In this document: positions 35,943 to 50,177 of the stretch, in pieces | Numbering within the stretch: the first letter of the stretch is position 1 | How the letters are laid out: each line of letters begins with the position of its first letter | Assembly (NCBI GenBank): GCA_964016885.1 | Contig: OZ024740.1 | Span: 69,564,001-69,628,000, forward strand | Direction: 5' to 3' | From: Eledone cirrhosa | Lineage: Eukaryota | DNA length: 64,000 nt | Position numbers and translations under genes: made by a program | Notes under the pieces: generated by a model | What the model was told of the DNA's origin: nothing | Databases searched by the model: none | The model's input: the letters and a program-made list of their open reading frames with translations, nothing else

Positions 35943-36562
35943 GAGATCAAAAGATGCTTAAAAGATTTCCAAGTATTTTATTATGCGCATTTCAAAAACA
36001 AATATCATCATGGGATGATATCTGCGTTCTCATCAGATAAAATAGGGAGACATGACATGAAGCTTAAAAAACACTTTTGAATAGTGAAGTTTTAAATCAA
36101 CATATGAAAAATAAATTAAGATTGATGTATGAGATTGGGAAAAAGTGAGGGGGCTGGAAAAAGTAAGGAAGAGGAAGAGATGAGAGTAAAGGATGGTGGG
36201 GGAGGAGTATAAGAAGAAAGGATGAGAGAGGAGGAGAGATGGGTGATAGAGAGAGAGAGCTAGCCTTTACAACTGAGAAAAAAATATATATTGTCTCACA
36301 GAGAGAAATTAAAAAGCCGTTGAAAGATAATAGATAATTTAAAAGATTTTGAAATTAAAAGTTAATGAGGTTTATGCACGAAGAAAAAAGAATTAAGAAT
36401 AGTATTAAATTAAGGTTTGTATATTGCATAATAAAATACTTGGAACTCTTTTAAGCATCTTTTGATCTTATATTATTTATACTCCAGTCAAACAGACTGT
36501 AGAGTGCTACTTATCCGATATTTGCATTGCTTTATTGTGCTACAATAAAACTCACCTCCTAC

Positions 36563-36566
<4 letters not shown>
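35936..36566. mobile_element. pLTR fold-back remnant with HHR at 35974-36044 (-)
   Basis: TATTTTAT-CTGATGA-GAACGCAGATATCATC CCAT GATGATATTTGTTTTT-GAAA-TGCGCA-TA-ATAAAATA; arms 35937-35986/36426-36476. Confidence 0.82.
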
Positions 36567-36622
<56 letters not shown>

Positions 36623-37578
36623 CATACATATATACATGTACACACACATACATGCCCATACACATATATATATATATACACACACATACACACATACACA
36701 CATATACATACATATATATATTCTCTTATCATACATACATAGATACATGTATAACCATGCAATTACAGGTGGTTATGTATCTTGATGCCCTTAATCTATG
36801 AAAGATAAACAATTAAAAGGTTAAAAAATTAACAGGAAGGCGTATAATTAGGAGAAGGGGATACTAGCAAAGAGGTACGTCACATAGAGCTATAGTGAGC
36901 TGCTATTTAGAATGTTTAATTAGGTTTATAGTACTTAAATGTTTTTCGTATACGGTGATTACAAGCTATAATCAGTTCTTGTTTTTTATTCAATAAATCA
37001 TATTTAGATTTAGTAATTTCCCAGATCTCACCGGAACATAATCTGCATTCTCTCCTGTTCCCAAGATATGGAGTTCTTTGTAGAATAGTATCACGATAGC
37101 CTGAAATCTATTTTTTTCTTTTTATAGTTATTTACTGCTTCGGCTAAAGATGTGGAGTTAGCTAGTTTAGTATTGTTAAAGCTACTGAAGTGTGCGTAAT
37201 ATATTTTCTTAAATGTGTTCGATGTAGATCCTATATACGATTTGTTGGAGTCAGTTAAATTTCTAAAGTGAGTTAAATTTCGTCCTAACATCATATGGCA
37301 AAACACCATTTGATTGATTTTTTCTTCAGCTACTTCCAAATAAGGTCATAGAACTCAATTTACTATTGATTTTGAATAAAATGTTCATTGCTTTTGACAA
37401 CGGCTGATGATATACATGTAGGTAAATATATTCCTTATTTGATATTTTGTAACTAACCTTACATAGATCGATAACGAAATATGCGTACGATGTATTATTA
37501 TCACCTAGAAACGATCGTAAATCAGTGAAGTATATTCCTAATGACTTGAATTTTTATTTCATTGTTTAAACTTATATA

Positions 37579-37704
<126 letters not shown>

Positions 37705-38156
37705 AATATACACGGGTCTGTATGATTGTGTATAGAAGATTATATTAATAAAAGGAATTCCAACTTTGTCTGATTTACTCGTTTTATTTACAATCCTTTA
37801 AAATATATAATGGTATTAGAATGAAATAGTATGGTAGAATATTAAATGTTAAATGTTAAGTGTTAATTGAACAAGTACTTTCATGTTTTCGCAATCTTCA
37901 GGTTCAAATTGCGTGGTAACAGTCAAGTTTGGAATTTTCAACTGTGAAAATTGCAAATTCAACAGTTGAAAATTGCAAACTTGACTGTCACAACACAATA
38001 TGAACCTGACGACTGCGAAAGCATGAAAGTACTTGTTCAATTAACACTTAACATTTAACATTTAATATTCTACCATACTATTTCATTCTAATACCATTAT
38101 AAATTTTTAAGGATTGTAAATAAAACGAGTAAATCAGACAAAGTTGGAATTCCTTA
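37705..38156. mobile_element. pLTR fold-back with minimal HHR (38001-38039 +, 37869-37906 -)
   Basis: TGAAC-CTGACGA-CTGC GAAA GCAT-GAAA-GTAC-TT-GTTCA; ~155-bp inverted arms. Confidence 0.85.
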
Positions 38157-39641
38157 CCTGAAATTAGAAGTTTGGCCCCTCTCGCACTGTGGAACAATTC
38201 TTTCGCGGTGATTGATTGGTTCAACGGCATATGTAACAAGGAACATTGCCGTTTTATCCAATTCGACATCAACAATTACTACTCCTCCATCACTTTACCA
38301 CTTCTCCTTAGAGCTATCAATTTCGCTAAAACACTCACAGTGGTTAAGGATTTCGAAGTTGATGTCATCCTTAATGCCCGAAAGTCGGTGATTAATTTCG
38401 ACGACTCTATTTGCATAAAAAAATCCAATAGTACCCCATTCGACGTGAGTATGGGGGCCAGTGACTCTGCGGAGGTTACTGATCTTATTGGCCTTTTCCT
38501 TCTTTTCTCTATCAAGGACGAATTCCCCAACGCGGGCGGTGGTTTGTACCGTGACGATGGTCTTTTGACCATGACTAAGTGCGGACCTCGTGCTTGCGAC
38601 AGGTTCAGAAAAGAACTCACAGCTTTTTTTAAAGGCTTCAACCTCTCTATACAGAGTGAGGCCAATCTCTCGGTCGTTAATTACCTCGACGTTACCCTCA
38701 ATTTATTGAATGGGTTGTATTACCCGTAGAGAAAGCCGAATGATACGCTTAATTACATAAGTAAGCATTCCAACCATCCTGCCAGCATAACCAAGAACCT
38801 GGTAAAAAACGTTTCGTTGAGGCTTACCCGTCTTTCCACCGACGAGCACATTTTTAACGACCATTCCACTTATTACAATAAAGCTCTTGCTCGAAGTGGA
38901 TTTGTCGATAAGGTAGCATATACAGAGTACGAAAATAGACCTAGAAGAAATAGATCCCGTCGCATTTGTTGGTTTAACCCACCATATAATATGGAGGTGG
39001 CCACACCATTAGCTTAATTTTTTCTCTCCCTTATTACGAAGCATTTTCCCCCTACACATAAATATAGTAAAATTTTTAATAGAAATACTATTAAAATTTC
39101 TTACTCTACGACTCCTAACCTTGCACATAACATCACAGCTTCAAATTTAGCTAAACTACCTAGCCGTAGGAACACGTACAACCCTGTAGTTAGTACTAAC
39201 TGTAATTGTAGGAATCGGGCTGATTGCCCCCTGTCCGGAAAATGCCTCTCTAGTAACATTGTCTACAAATGTAAGGTTGTAACACCCACGTCCCGTAGGG
39301 CCTACATAGGGTTAACCGCCAATAGTTTCAAGCAGCGTCTTTACATGCATACCCATTCTTTTCGTTACCCTCTAAGAAGGAATATGACGTCGCTTTCAGC
39401 TTATATCTGGAGTCTAAAAGACAACCATACCCAATATAAGTTACACTGGGAGATCCTAGCATGGGCTAGATCGTATAACAGAAATAAAAGACCATGTGAC
39501 CTCTGCGCCGCTGGGGCCCTGGAAATACTCTACGCCACAGGCCACATCTTAGACAAAAAATCTGAGGCAATTTCGACTTGTAAACATAAATTGCACAAAA
39601 CTTTCCTGTATTACAGCCTCACGTTATACCCTAACGGATAG
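38157..39641 (+). pseudogene. Hydra-clade-like PLE RT + GIY-YIG, 5'-truncated, in-frame stops at ~38727 and ~39015
   Basis: FIQFDINNYYSSI, FDVSMGASDSAEV, GLYRDDGL, NYLDVTL, WFNPPY, CNCx5C linker, IVY..YIG, CDLC. Confidence 0.9.
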
Positions 39642-40735
39642 CACGATCTATACGTGGATATTTTACGTCTTGATGTGAGAGCTAAGTATATGTTTTGTTT
39701 ATTCCTTTACTTATTTGCATAGGTAAGTATATATTACCCGTACGTTTTGTGAAGGTATGTATACCTTCTCGTACGTATATTTGACTGTTATGGTGTATAA
39801 TTTTTACATATTCTGGTATTTAGGGTTTGGCTATGTGTATACGGGAGTTTTGCGTCTGCGTGAGTATGCAGGTTCGTACGTATGGTGGGTGTGTGTATAT
39901 GTGTACTTCTTGTTTTAGTTGACTTACGTCTCCGAACATTCGTGTATTTATTTGTATGTATGTGTGTGCGCTTGTTATATACGTATTTATTTACTTATAT
40001 ACGTTTATATAATTATTTATTTATTTGTACACAAGCACACACACACACACACATATTTATATGTGCGTGGTTTTGTATACCTATGGTAAGGTTTTGCGTA
40101 TGCTTGTGTATGTACGTATCTGTTTGCGTGTATGTATTTATTTGTTTCTATTACTTCTGTATTGTATTTATTTACTTTGTTCTTAACTCTGTAGCGGAGA
40201 TTCATTTTGTCTCCTAGTTAGAATTTTTGTCTACAACTTCTGCTACACCATTTACGTGGTTTTGTCTTTGCGTGCTATTGTTCTCCACGCTCCACATATG
40301 ACTTATTATCTTCGTTTTTTCGTTCATTGCCAAAGAACGTCTCTATGCACCACCTAAGAGAAAATTAGTCTACGACCTCTTTTATACCATAAACGTGGTT
40401 CTGTCTTTGCGCGTAATTGTTTTTCACCGCTCCTATTAATGACGTATTATTCGTTTTTTCCCGTTCTTTGCCAGCGAACGTTTCCACGAACCAAAGTATC
40501 GTCTTCCTGTCTTCCTCCGGTTGCAACGTTTTTTGAAATATCCAGTTCTGCGTTTACAGATTGACTTTGTTAGTTTCAGAAGATCCCGTTAAGGGTGAAA
40601 GCAGCGATTCTTTGCTTAAACTTTAATCTGTTATTTTAATAAATATTTGCTCTACGGTTCTTATATATTTGATATATATTTTCCTTATCGAGCCCTCTTT
40701 GGAATTTAGTCTTCAATTTTATTATTATTACTATA
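39642..40735 (+). mobile_element. 3' UTR/pLTR of the 38157 PLE, with internal ~130-bp tandem duplication and variant HHR (40572-40622)
   Basis: AGTTT-CAGAAGA-TCCC GTTAA GGGT-GAAA-GCA..TGC-TT-AAACT; further copies at 30222 and 59562. Confidence 0.8.
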
Positions 40736-40747
40736 TATATATATATA

Positions 40748-43700
40748 TAAAATTTCAGGTTATCAATAATGTAGTGATAATATATCGTTACGTTAGGGAT
40801 GAACAGCGTACGTGCAGGTTTGCTCAACGAGTATAAATTATATTCCGGAGAAAATGTATAAAGGATGAATATAAAATGAAAGTGCTTTTTTTAAAAAGGA
40901 ATTTATTAGGTATTGACATATGTTTCTGTAACAGGCGGAATACCTATGTATCGCTGCTTGCGTAATCATATAATGTTAGCAAGTATTCGATAGCAAATGT
41001 ATAATCAGTTGTCACTTCTTCAGAGATTTTGGATAAATTGGATAAAATCAGAAAAATTGAAGTATTTATATTAGTAATAGAGGAAGAAAAAGAGGGGATA
41101 GTATATGACAGATGGTAAATTAATTTACTGCTAAACAACTATATAATGGGTTTCTAATGAGAATACCATGAGTAAATCTAAATAAGAAATTTGGGAGTGC
41201 CAATTTTAATCTCTACTTGACCAATTGGACAGTGGACAGGGCTGGTCATTTGGTGCAGTAGTATTAATTATAAAGTGTCAATTGGGGAAGGGGGAGATTT
41301 CGATTGCTACTAAATAACATCAATGCTAGTAGCCAGCTGGTATATGCATTAGGGAATTGAATCAAAAAATCAGAAATCTCATTTTATCTATAGCATTTTA
41401 TATTAAAAGGTAAATAATAGAAGAGTTGATAGAATTAAGACTAATAAAGAATGTTAATATCTATTTTGACAATCAAACGGAGATAGAGACAGGCGTTCAA
41501 TCCTGGTAGTATTTATAATATGAAAATGTAGATTTTAAGCGATAGTTACAGTATAACGATCGCTCTAATCTGTTATTTAATAAAATGTTTTTGGATTTCA
41601 TAATATAAAATAATTCTACATTACATAATTTACAAAATTCCTGTCCATGGGATTATAGGGGGGGGGGGGGGGGGGGGGGGGGCAGCCGGTATTATATCCC
41701 ATTTTAGGTGAAATTGTTGGTTATTTTCACGCAGCTGCCAAGCCTTGTCTGCGAGTGTTGTTACATAACGCTGGTTTTCATGTTTTATCGAGTAACGATG
41801 TCTATAAAGGCGTGATTTGAAGGAGGTGGCTGTAGATCCCACATAGTACCACTTCTGTCTATCCGATTCGATAGTACATTTGTATACGATGTTGCGTTCA
41901 AGACACTGATTGTTCAACGGACACATTCCTGGTTGGACCCAGTTGCAATTATAATTTTGCGTTGTTGTATTGCCATGGATGGGTTGATGAGGTTGCTTAT
42001 GTAGGACAGGATGTTGTTTGTTGTTTTGTGATGTTATAGCTAATGTTTTACGTGTATTGTTATGTGTTGGAAGGCGTTTATACAACCGTGTTGCGTTAAG
42101 CTTTTTTATATGTTGTTCAATATTAGGGGCGGTTGAATATGAAAGTCGAATAGTGTTAGGGTTTAAGATTTTATTATATTTATGTGATGTTGGAAAGTGT
42201 TTTTTAACTAATCGAAAGAATTTTGAGGGTAGATTGGTTTTAATAGAGTTGTTATAGATCGGATTGTACCAAATATACTCCTTACATCGCCTTCTGTTTG
42301 GTGGTGTGCGACTATTATTGTGTCTATTGCGGTAGTGTATGTATGGTGGTGATTCTGTGCTATTTCTACTCCTATGGGATTTATTTTGGGTGTTTTGGTG
42401 ATCTTCGACTATATACTCTATATTATCTAGGTGACCGGCTTTCCTAAGTGCATCATCATAATATTCCGCATGTTCTTTGAAGGTTTGTTGGTTGGACGAC
42501 AGGCGGGAGATTCTAAGAGAAACATTTCTAGGGATGGATTTAATTATAGAGAGTGGATGGTTAGAACTCGTATTTACATATTTAAGGTTCTCATTTAGTT
42601 TATGGAACGGTTTAATCGTATCTGTATTGAGATTCAAAGTAACATCATGGAAATTGACCTCTTTGAGGTTATATTCAAATGTAATATTTAATCCTAGTTC
42701 CTTAAAAAGCTTTCTGATATTTTTACGCATCCTTTCTAAATTCTGGTTATTCATATGCTTAACTAATAGGAGCGCATCGTCACGGTAGATTCCACCGTGG
42801 AGATCCTTGAATTGTCCTTGTAATCTGTGGGTGATATAAATTCCCACAAGATCTGTTACTTCCGCCGAATCATTAGAACCCATAGTGATATCAAAATTAG
42901 AAGGTCTATCTTTGCGAACCCAGTAGCTATCATCGAATTTAACTATAGTTTTCCTCGCTTCCATAATAATTTTAATTTCAGTATCCGTAAGGTCGGAATT
43001 ATCCTTAGCGAACGAAAGAGCTTCATGTAGAGTATCAGGTGAAATTGAGGAATAATATTCATCAATATCAAACTGAATAAATTTTGATTTTTTCTTATCA
43101 GTAATGTTATTAAACCATCTTAATGCTTCATGAGTGTTACCCCATAGTTTAATCTCTACTTTAACCTTAACTTGGGGGATAATTCTGTCTAGTATATATT
43201 TGCTAATTTTGCCTATATCAGATTTAGAGGGGCATATAAGTCTAATATTAGGGTTAGTATCGAAGTTTACCTTGTGGTCCTTCAGGTTGAAGGATGGTAT
43301 AGCTGGTGTTAAGGGTTGCGTTCTATCGTCAATACAAAGTTTTTTAACAATTTCACATGCCGAGTTGTTGATGTTTTTAAGTGTAGCCTCATTAGTTTTC
43401 CTGTATTTTTATGCAATTCCTTACGGATGAAGTTATTGTAAGTGTCCACATCCATGGTATATACGTTTGATGTTTTGTCTGCTCTAACAATAATTCCATT
43501 GGCGTTTTTTAGATTATTGAGCAGTGCCGTGATGTCATTCTGTAGTTTATTGTTCTTCCGTTTTGTAAATTTGATCTCCATGATCATATCCATTAGGTCT
43601 TGTTCAAATGCATCCAAAAGTGGGTTTGAGGGTGGGTTCTTGTAAGATTTAAATCCAAATTTATCCTTGTTAAGATCCGATGTTTGGTTTATACGGCTTT

Positions 43701-44678
43701 TGTCAAAATGGAATGTTTTCCATCTGATTCGTCGAATAAAATCATTGGTCCTTCGTATCATACCTAGAATATATTCCCTTTTTGCCTGAATAGGTATGTT
43801 TTTTAACGACATATCCAATTGGTGCCTTTCCATTTCAGAGGCGTATGCTGAATTAGTTGCTCAACTGTATAGGAGATTAATAAAATTTCAGGTTATCAAT
43901 AATGTAGTGATAATATATCGTTACGTTAGAGATGAACAGCGTACGTGCAGGTTTGCTCAACGAGTATAAATTATATTCCGGAGAAAATGTAGAAAGGATG
44001 AATATAAAATGAAAGTGCTTTTTTTAAAAAGGAATTTATTAGGTATTGACATATGTTTCTGTAACAGACGGAATACCTATGCATCGCTGCTTGCGTAATC
44101 ATATAATGTTAGCAAGTATTCGATATCTGATTTCTTGATTCAATTAATGTTAGCAAGTATTCGATTTCTGATTTCTTGATTCAATTCCCTAATGCATATA
44201 CCAGCTGGCTACTAGCATTGATGTTATTTAGTAGCAATCGAAATCTCCCCCTTCCCCAATTGACACTTTATAATTAATACTACTGCACCAAATGACCAGC
44301 CCTGTCCACTGTCCAATTAGTCAAGTAGAGATTAAAATTGGCACTCCCAAAATTCTTATTTAGATTTACTCATGGTATTCTCATTAGAAACCCATTATAT
44401 ACTTGTTTAGCAGTAAATTAATTTACCATCTGTCATATACTATCCCCTCTTTTTCTTCCTCTATTACTAATATAAATACTTCAATTTTTCTGATTTTATC
44501 CAATTTATCCAAAAACTCTGAAGAAGTGACAACTGATTATACATTTGCTATCGAATACTTGCTAACATTATATGATTACGCAAGCAGCGATACATAGGTA
44601 TTCCGTCTGTTACAGAAACATATGTCAATACCTAATAAATTCCTTTTTAAAAAAAGCACTTTCATTTTATATTCATCC

Positions 44679-44686
<8 letters not shown>
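40748..44686 (-). mobile_element. Near full-length Hydra-clade-like PLE: 3' pLTR 40748-41380, ORF, partial direct 5' pLTR 43880-44125, inverted pLTR 44160-44686
   Basis: Direct and inverted repeats of the same ~600-bp segment flank the ORF; (TA)n on both sides. Confidence 0.9.
41497..43833 (-). pseudogene. PLE RT-GIY-YIG ORF with frameshifts (~43410, poly-C run at 41658-41682, and further indels nearby)
   Basis: N-terminal SLKNIP..FIRRIRWK, RADKTSN, FIQFDIDEYYSSI, IYRDD, WYNP, CNWx5C linker, IVY..YVG, and CKLC in an alternative frame ending at 41497. Confidence 0.9.
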
Positions 44687-44709
<23 letters not shown>

Positions 44710-44802
44710 GTTTAAACAATGAAATAAAAATTCAAGTCATTAGGAATATATATGTATATATATATATATAAACTTCCAATTAATTATATATATATATTTC
44801 CA

Positions 44803-44879
<77 letters not shown>

Positions 44880-44882
<3 letters not shown>

Positions 44883-45660
44883 GCACACAAATAAACATAC
44901 ATATCTTTACTTTCTTTACTTCAATAGAAAATCTGAATTCTGACACCCCAGCGAACTAACCATATTCACTGAACCAGAACAATTCTCCCATCCAATTTCT
45001 CTTGACCATTATTTTTGCTTGTCATAAAATTCTCTTAAAAGGCTACAGAATAGATTTCCAAATAAGGGCGCAAAAATTTAATGAAAACTTGTTCACGTGA
45101 CAGCCATAATTTCCTTTTTAACCAATCAAATTACGTCTATTAAAAAAAAAGCCCTCGTGAACCCCCTTTTTTTAAGTAACAAGAAATTCAAACACACACA
45201 CACAACACACAACACACACACACACACACACACAAGCACACAAATAAACATACATATCTTTACATTCTTTATTCAAAAGAAAATCTGAATTCTGACACCC
45301 CAGCGAACTAACCATATTCACTGACTCAGAACAATTCTCCCATCGAATTTCTCTTGACCATTATCTTTTACTTGTCATAAAATCCCCTAAAAAGGCTACA
45401 GAATAGATTTCCAAATAAGGGCGCAAAAATTTAATGAAAACTTGTTCACGTGACAGCCATAATTTCGTTTATAACCAATCAAATTACGTTTATTAAAAAA
45501 AAGCCTTCGTGACCCCCCTTTTTTATAAGTAAAAAGAAATTCAAACACTCATATATGAAAAAAACAACCTGTGAACCCCCCTCCCCTTCTTTGAAGAACT
45601 GTGTAACGCGAACTGGCGCGAAATTTATTATAATTATTGACCAACCAATCAAATTACTTC
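44880..45660. repeat. ~355-bp tandem duplication of an unclassified repeat
   Basis: 44880-45195 is near-identical to 45235-45548. Confidence 0.8.
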
Positions 45661-45939
45661 TCTAAAAACCTGGCATTTCGAGCCACTTTTTTTCCATATC
45701 AAACAAGTAACATTCAGAAACCAACGAGATGTGAGAAAAACCACAGACCCTCCATCTCAACTCTACTTTTGAAAAGCAGAAGAACTACGAAACCGGTAAA
45801 GGAACCAAATAAATATATATATATATATTTTTAAATAAGACTCCAGTTGTATTTTCAATTTCATCTCTTTTTCTTTATACTTTCACTCGTGTAGGACACC
45901 TCGGTTATTTTTCATTTTGTAAAAAAAACCTCACTTTCT

Positions 45940-46328
<389 letters not shown>

Positions 46329-46389
46329 TAAAGAGATTACAATAATCAAAGTTCAGTTTAAGTCATTTATTTGCTTACAATTGTTTCCT

Positions 46390-48255
46390 CCAGGTCTGAC
46401 ATTGGAATTATCAGTAAAAAAATCCTAGACAAAATCATCCCACAGATTAAACACAAGATTTACCTTAAACAATGGGGAAATACGGGTGAAGTGATTGCAT
46501 GGTTCAAAAATATCATAGATAACAAGGATAAAAAATTTATTCAATTTGATATCAACTCTTACTACACCTCTATTTCCCCTATCCTACTAAATAAGGCACT
46601 TATAATGGCCATGGACAATAGTGACTTGACTAGACCCCAGATTGATGTCATACTTGCGGCCCGTAAAACAATAATCACCTTTGAAGACCAATTATGGACC
46701 CGCAAGGATACGCAAAACAACTTCGACATTACTATGGCGTCTAGTGACTCGGCGCAGGTCACTGATTTAGTTGGCCTATACTTACTTAACCTAATCCACA
46801 GGGAACTTCCGTACCTCAGCGGTGGTTTGTATCGCGACGGTGCACTTCTACTTATAGACTATAAAAAATTCAATATAGAAAGGACTAGAAAACTATTGCA
46901 CAAAACATTCAAAAACTTTAACCTTAGTATTACCATGGACAAAAACACCAAAAACGCCAACTTCCTAGACGCCACACTCTACTTAGACTCAATGATATAT
47001 GCACCTTTCCACAAACCTAATGAAAAACTCATCTACGTAGATACCAAGTCTAACCACCCTAAATCTATATTGAACTCTATCTCTAATGGAGTATCTAATA
47101 GAATCTCTAATCTATCCTATGACATAAACACATTTAACAATAACTCGCAGTATTATAATCAGGCATTAGCTAGATCAGGCCATAATACAGGGATAGACTT
47201 CCTACCTACAAAAACACATAGCTACAACATCATTTCACACAACATGTCCATGGGAAAATTTAATAATAGGAATAGCAACTGCACACACACTAATAGGGAT
47301 TGTAACAACAAAAGTAACCCGCACCACAGAAATGACCATAGGGACATCAAAGGAAACAAATCACCAGACATAAAAAAACAGAAATAGAAGAAGAAATAAT
47401 ACATTTTTCAACCCTCCTTTCAATTTAAACGTCTCTACCAACCTTCCTAGGGCTTTCTTCTCACTACTAGATAAACACTTCCCATCTGGCCACAGGTACC
47501 ACGGCCTTTTAAACAAAAACACTATTAAGATCTCATACTCTACTACGCCTAACTTAGCATACCACATAGCTAGTACAAATAAAAGAAAAATTAATTCTTA
47601 CTTCCAACAAACTAAATCACAACGGTCGATAAACCTTCAAAATAACATTCAAAATAACAGTCAAAGTAACATTATAACAAATAACCGCAATATCAATGGA
47701 AATAATAGTAATAACACTAGTGTAAACATTAACGATGCGTACCACAACCCACATAACCATAACCCTATAGCTAACATCCAAACTTCTACACAGCATAGTA
47801 ACCGGCAGACTAGCACCCAGAGTAATTGTAACTGTAGATCAAGTAGAACCTGCCCTTTAGATAAAAAATGCTTAACCAAGGATATCATATACTCATGTAC
47901 AGTCACAACTAACAGCTCTTCTGAAACCTATATAGGCTCCACTTCTAACTGCTTCAAAACTAGATACAATTCGCACCTCCACTCTTTCAAAAAACACAGT
48001 CTAGCCAACTCCACTTCACTATCTAGCTACATACACCATCTAAAAAATAAAAATAAAATATATACACTTAAATGGGAAGTGGTAGGTAGTGCAACATCGT
48101 ACAAACCACCTAATAAATTTTGTAACCTCTGTCTACTAGAGATCCATACTATCATCTTCTCTAAACATAATCTCCTTAATAAAAAATCAGAAGTGTTCGC
48201 AACTTGCCAACACCGCTTCCGACACTCGTTCCAAATCTTTAAATCCTATATATAA
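46390..48255 (+). pseudogene. PLE RT + GIY-YIG, frameshift at ~47375, catalytic YRDD mutated to YRDG
   Basis: FIQFDINSYYTSI, YRDG, FFNPPF, CNCRSSRTC, IIY..YIGSTS, CNLC, NKKSE..C.HR. Confidence 0.9.
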
Positions 48256-50177
48256 TAATGTCAGACTAGAACCGGCACCACCCCTAGCAATTAACATCAG
48301 TAGCACACCTTACACCTCACATCCACCCCCATTTCTATACTCTAAAGTTAATACTGACAGCATTTTAGTACCACCTACCCTGGGAATACCCCCTTGTACC
48401 TCTAATTCTGATATCTCGACCGTGGACTACTTATTCTGCATTGCACAAATATAAGATTAGTATAAACTGGGGACACGGTACTGGTTGCGATAACATAGTC
48501 CTGTGCATGGATTCCCACCAAGAGATAGATTGATGATTAGATAGATAATCGTATTGTTATGTGAATATATACTGTAATCGATCAGTTCAATGAATTATGC
48601 ACGGGAAATGCATGAGTTAGGAGCATCTGTGTTGCCTGGTGACCTGACTGGCACCTTTTGACGAAAGAACCGGCCACCGGACCACCCTGGTGAACTTACC
48701 GGCGATGCAGTCATACTACAACCTGAATCTCGCCGGGAGTCATGTATGATAATAAGACCATTACTGATAGTGAGACCCATGTAGTTAATTATGTAGTCTG
48801 ACTCTTCTTATGGATTGGCCGCGTGTGGCACCCCATGTTGGATTGTAGTCATCATGATACGAACTCCTTTAGTACTTGTTACTGGACTCCACTCTAACTT
48901 GTGGATGGGATACCTGATCTATATGTGGGACGTGGGTTTATGTATTGCTTGGTGGCCAGACAGGTGCCCGGGTATGAGAGATTTAATCCCCAGATTGTAA
49001 TCATCTTGATGTGAACTCCTTTAGTACCTATTAATAGACTCCACTCTGGCTTGTAGATGTGATACTTAATTGATTTATATATGAGACGGGGGTTGTCTAT
49101 TGATTGATGACCAGACTAGTGCCTTTATATGAGAAATTGGCTCTCCGGACCATACCGAAGATTTACTGGAGATTCAGACATGCAATGACCCGGAGCCTAC
49201 CGGGTGGCATATATATAATAGTGGGACCATACCAGGTCCTACTGTTATATTACATTTGCATGGAACAGTGACTTGAGAGTCTGACTCCTCTTATAGAACG
49301 TTCAGATATGACACCCCTTAATGGATGGTAATCATCCTAATATATACACCCTTGTACTTCTTAATGGACAACTCTCTAACCTATAAATGGGTAACATACT
49401 CTAGAAATTAGTTATAACTTCATATGATAGGCACGTATTTGAATCACCATTAATGTAGTTTAGGATAGTAATTTAACTAAGATAACTAGCTAGTTACCTC
49501 CCCTTACGCATTAATTCCCCTTAGTCATTCAGACACTTCCGGAATCTGGACAGCATGATCTATTAATTAAAAACCGACTGGATACGGTTTATAGCTTGAT
49601 TATATGCTGAACCACCGCGAATTATACGATAGACAAGTGTTCTCTATATATATTGCGTCTCATGGATTATGTGAGTGGTGGTGTAAGCGAAGACAGTGGT
49701 ACGTCTTTGCCTACGATACAATAAGGTTTATAGTATGTGGAAAGTTTTTGATATTTTGGTGTTTCCCTGCATCCGAGACTGTATATCATACAGACGTATG
49801 ATAATAAATGACTTAATAATCAAGCCCACATAATAAGATCGATTGCCTGCTTCAACTGCCTGACCCTGCAAATATCATTCTGACGCACTCTAATCATGTA
49901 TAAATAAGACACGCGTGCATGCTACACGTGAGACTGTTTCGTACACTGACTACTCTAAACTTTCCTCTTGCTTTATCTTCATAGACTGCCAACGCTTCAT
50001 GTTTATCTTTATTTTCATTCTTGTTTTTATTTTATTTTTATCCTGTAACCTTTATATGTAAATTGCCATGCTATATCATTTGATGAATGTCACCCCACTG
50101 TTGATCAATATGCGCATATGTTTTATGTGTCTCTTGGGTTGAAAAGGAGGTCAAGTATGTTATAGATCAGTAAATAG

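Noticed and set aside
37404-37410. CTGATGA as the HHR core
   Set aside because: It pairs within stem II; stems I and III only fit the upstream TTGACAA core.
41497-43833. Intact active PLE masked by homopolymer sequencing errors
   Set aside because: At least three frameshifts plus an FLD-to-FHD change and a lost linker Cys; more likely a real pseudogene, though raw reads should confirm.
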